This document shows positions 62,831-64,000 of a stretch of 64,000 bases of DNA, in pieces. Under the pieces are notes generated by a model, which did no database searches, was not told the DNA's origin, and saw nothing but the letters and a program-made list of their open reading frames with translations. A program made the translations under genes and the position numbers. The number at the start of each line of letters is the position of its first letter. The stretch's first letter is position 1. The stretch is from Negaprion brevirostris (lineage: Eukaryota): contig JARDVH010000099.1 of assembly GCA_030324005.1 (NCBI GenBank), forward strand, positions 49,871,120 through 49,935,119, given 5' to 3'.

Positions 62831-63544
62831 ATATCTTCAGCCAGAAGTACCAAACAGATGATCCATCTCAATTTTCCCAGTGTTAGAGATTCTAGTCTTC
62901 AGCCAATTCAATTCACTCCATGTCAAGAAATAGCTGAATACTTGGATCCTGCAGAAGCTAATATTTTGGCAATAGCACTGAAGACTTGTGCTCCAGAGTT
63001 TGCTGTGCCCATGGGCAACAACCCAGAAATGTGAAAATTGCCCAGATATGTCCTGTGCACAAAAAGCAGGACAAATCCAACCTGCCAATTACCACCCCAT
63101 CAGTCTACTCTCAAATCATCAGTAAAGTGATGGAGAGGATCATCAACAGTGCTAACAAACAGCACTTGCTTAGCAATAACCTGCACACCAACTTTCATGA
63201 GTTCTGCAAGGGCCACTCAGCTCCTGACTTCATTACAAACATGGTTCAAGCATGGACAAAAGAGCTGAACTCCAGAGCTGAGGTGAGAGTGACTGCCCTT
63301 GACATCAAGGCAGCATTTGCTATAGCACCAAAGAACCCCAGCAAAATTGGAATCAATGGGAATATGGCTGGTTGGAGCCATAGCCAGTACAAATACTGGC
63401 TATGGGACTATGGGAAGCCAATCATCTCAGTTCCAGCACATCATTGCAGGATTTTCAAGATAATGTCATAAGCCAAACCATCTTCAGCTTCATCAAATGG
63501 CCTTCCTTTTGTCATAAAATTGAAATGGGGATATTCACAGATGT

Positions 63545-63630
63545 GTGTCTTGAAGGAGGAAAAAGAGGCAGAAAAGTTTAGTGAGGGAGGGATTGAAAAG
63601 AAGGATGAGAATTTTAAAAATCAAGGTGTT
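63545..63630 (-). mobile_element. L2 3' fragment
   Basis: Reverse complement contains ttgatttttaaaattctcatc (FKILI) and ctccttcaagacac. Confidence 0.5.
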
Positions 63631-64000
63631 AGAAGCATCGAAAATAGAAGCGGTAGGCCATTTGGCCAATCAAGCTTGCTCCACCGTTCATTATGATCAT
63701 GGCTGATCATCTAACTCAGTGACCTATTCCCAGTTTCTCCCCACATCCTTTGATCCCTTTAGTCCCAAGTGCTATACTGTATTTTAGCCTCAACTGCTTT
63801 CTGTGATAAAGAATTCCACAAGCTCACTACTCTCTAGGTGAAGAAATTTCTCCTCATATCAGTTCTATCTTGTTTACCCTGTATCCTCAGACTGTGACCT
63901 CTGGCCCTGGACTCCGCCACCGTCAGGAACATCCTTCCTGCACCTACTCTGTCCAGTCCTGTTAGAACTTTATAGGTTTCTATGCAATTCCCCCCTCATT
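63630..64000 (-). mobile_element. CR1 3' portion (runs off the window)
   Basis: Reverse-complemented tail taggccatttggcc...atgatcatggctgatc; the - strand reads GESRARGHSLRIQG. Confidence 0.9.

Larger units (their letters stand above)
60150..63545 (+). mobile_element. Decayed CR1-group LINE with tRNA-like 5' head, APE and RT; three nested insertions
   Basis: Head homologous to SINE 62500. APE motifs NIWRLV..PDIVILME..ISGYVLSHQQDR (60541-60665) and EPTRE..LDFILTN (~60950). RT motifs PVHKKQDKSN...SKVMERII...VRVTALDIKAAF (63050-63320). Confidence 0.85.

Noticed and set aside
62986-63471. 161-aa RT ORF as an active gene or retron-like system
   Set aside because: It is a frameshifted fragment of a decayed LINE ORF2 interrupted by insertions.
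1-64000. Known miRNA, snoRNA or rRNA genes
   Set aside because: No mature sequence I recognise was seen by eye; an Rfam/Infernal scan would be needed to exclude them.

Overview
Eukaryotic (vertebrate) genomic DNA: AT-rich, CpG-depleted, with many N gaps from a short-read draft assembly. The repeat content points to a cartilaginous fish, probably a shark (inference): about 11 HE1-like tRNA/V-domain SINEs, many decayed CR1 and L2 LINE fragments, Penelope-type tails, and PIF/Harbinger-like MITEs and relics. There is no intact protein-coding gene, rRNA, true tRNA or CRISPR array. Nearly all listed ORFs are noise or retroelement relics. The window looks like intron or intergenic DNA, with two plausible unidentified + strand internal exons (20271-20342, 43845-43948). 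Most notable: (1) a CR1-group LINE whose 5' end is a tRNA-like Pol III head with no room for ORF1, plus a SINE made of that same head fused to that LINE's 3' tail; (2) decayed minimal hammerhead-ribozyme motifs in an inverted Penelope-type terminal-repeat pair; (3) a ~1.5 kb foldback element with ~94% identical inverted arms; (4) HE1-like SINEs with two unrelated 3' tails; (5) a templated snap-back hairpin at a young CR1 5' junction. Family assignments were made by eye and boundaries of old repeats are approximate.
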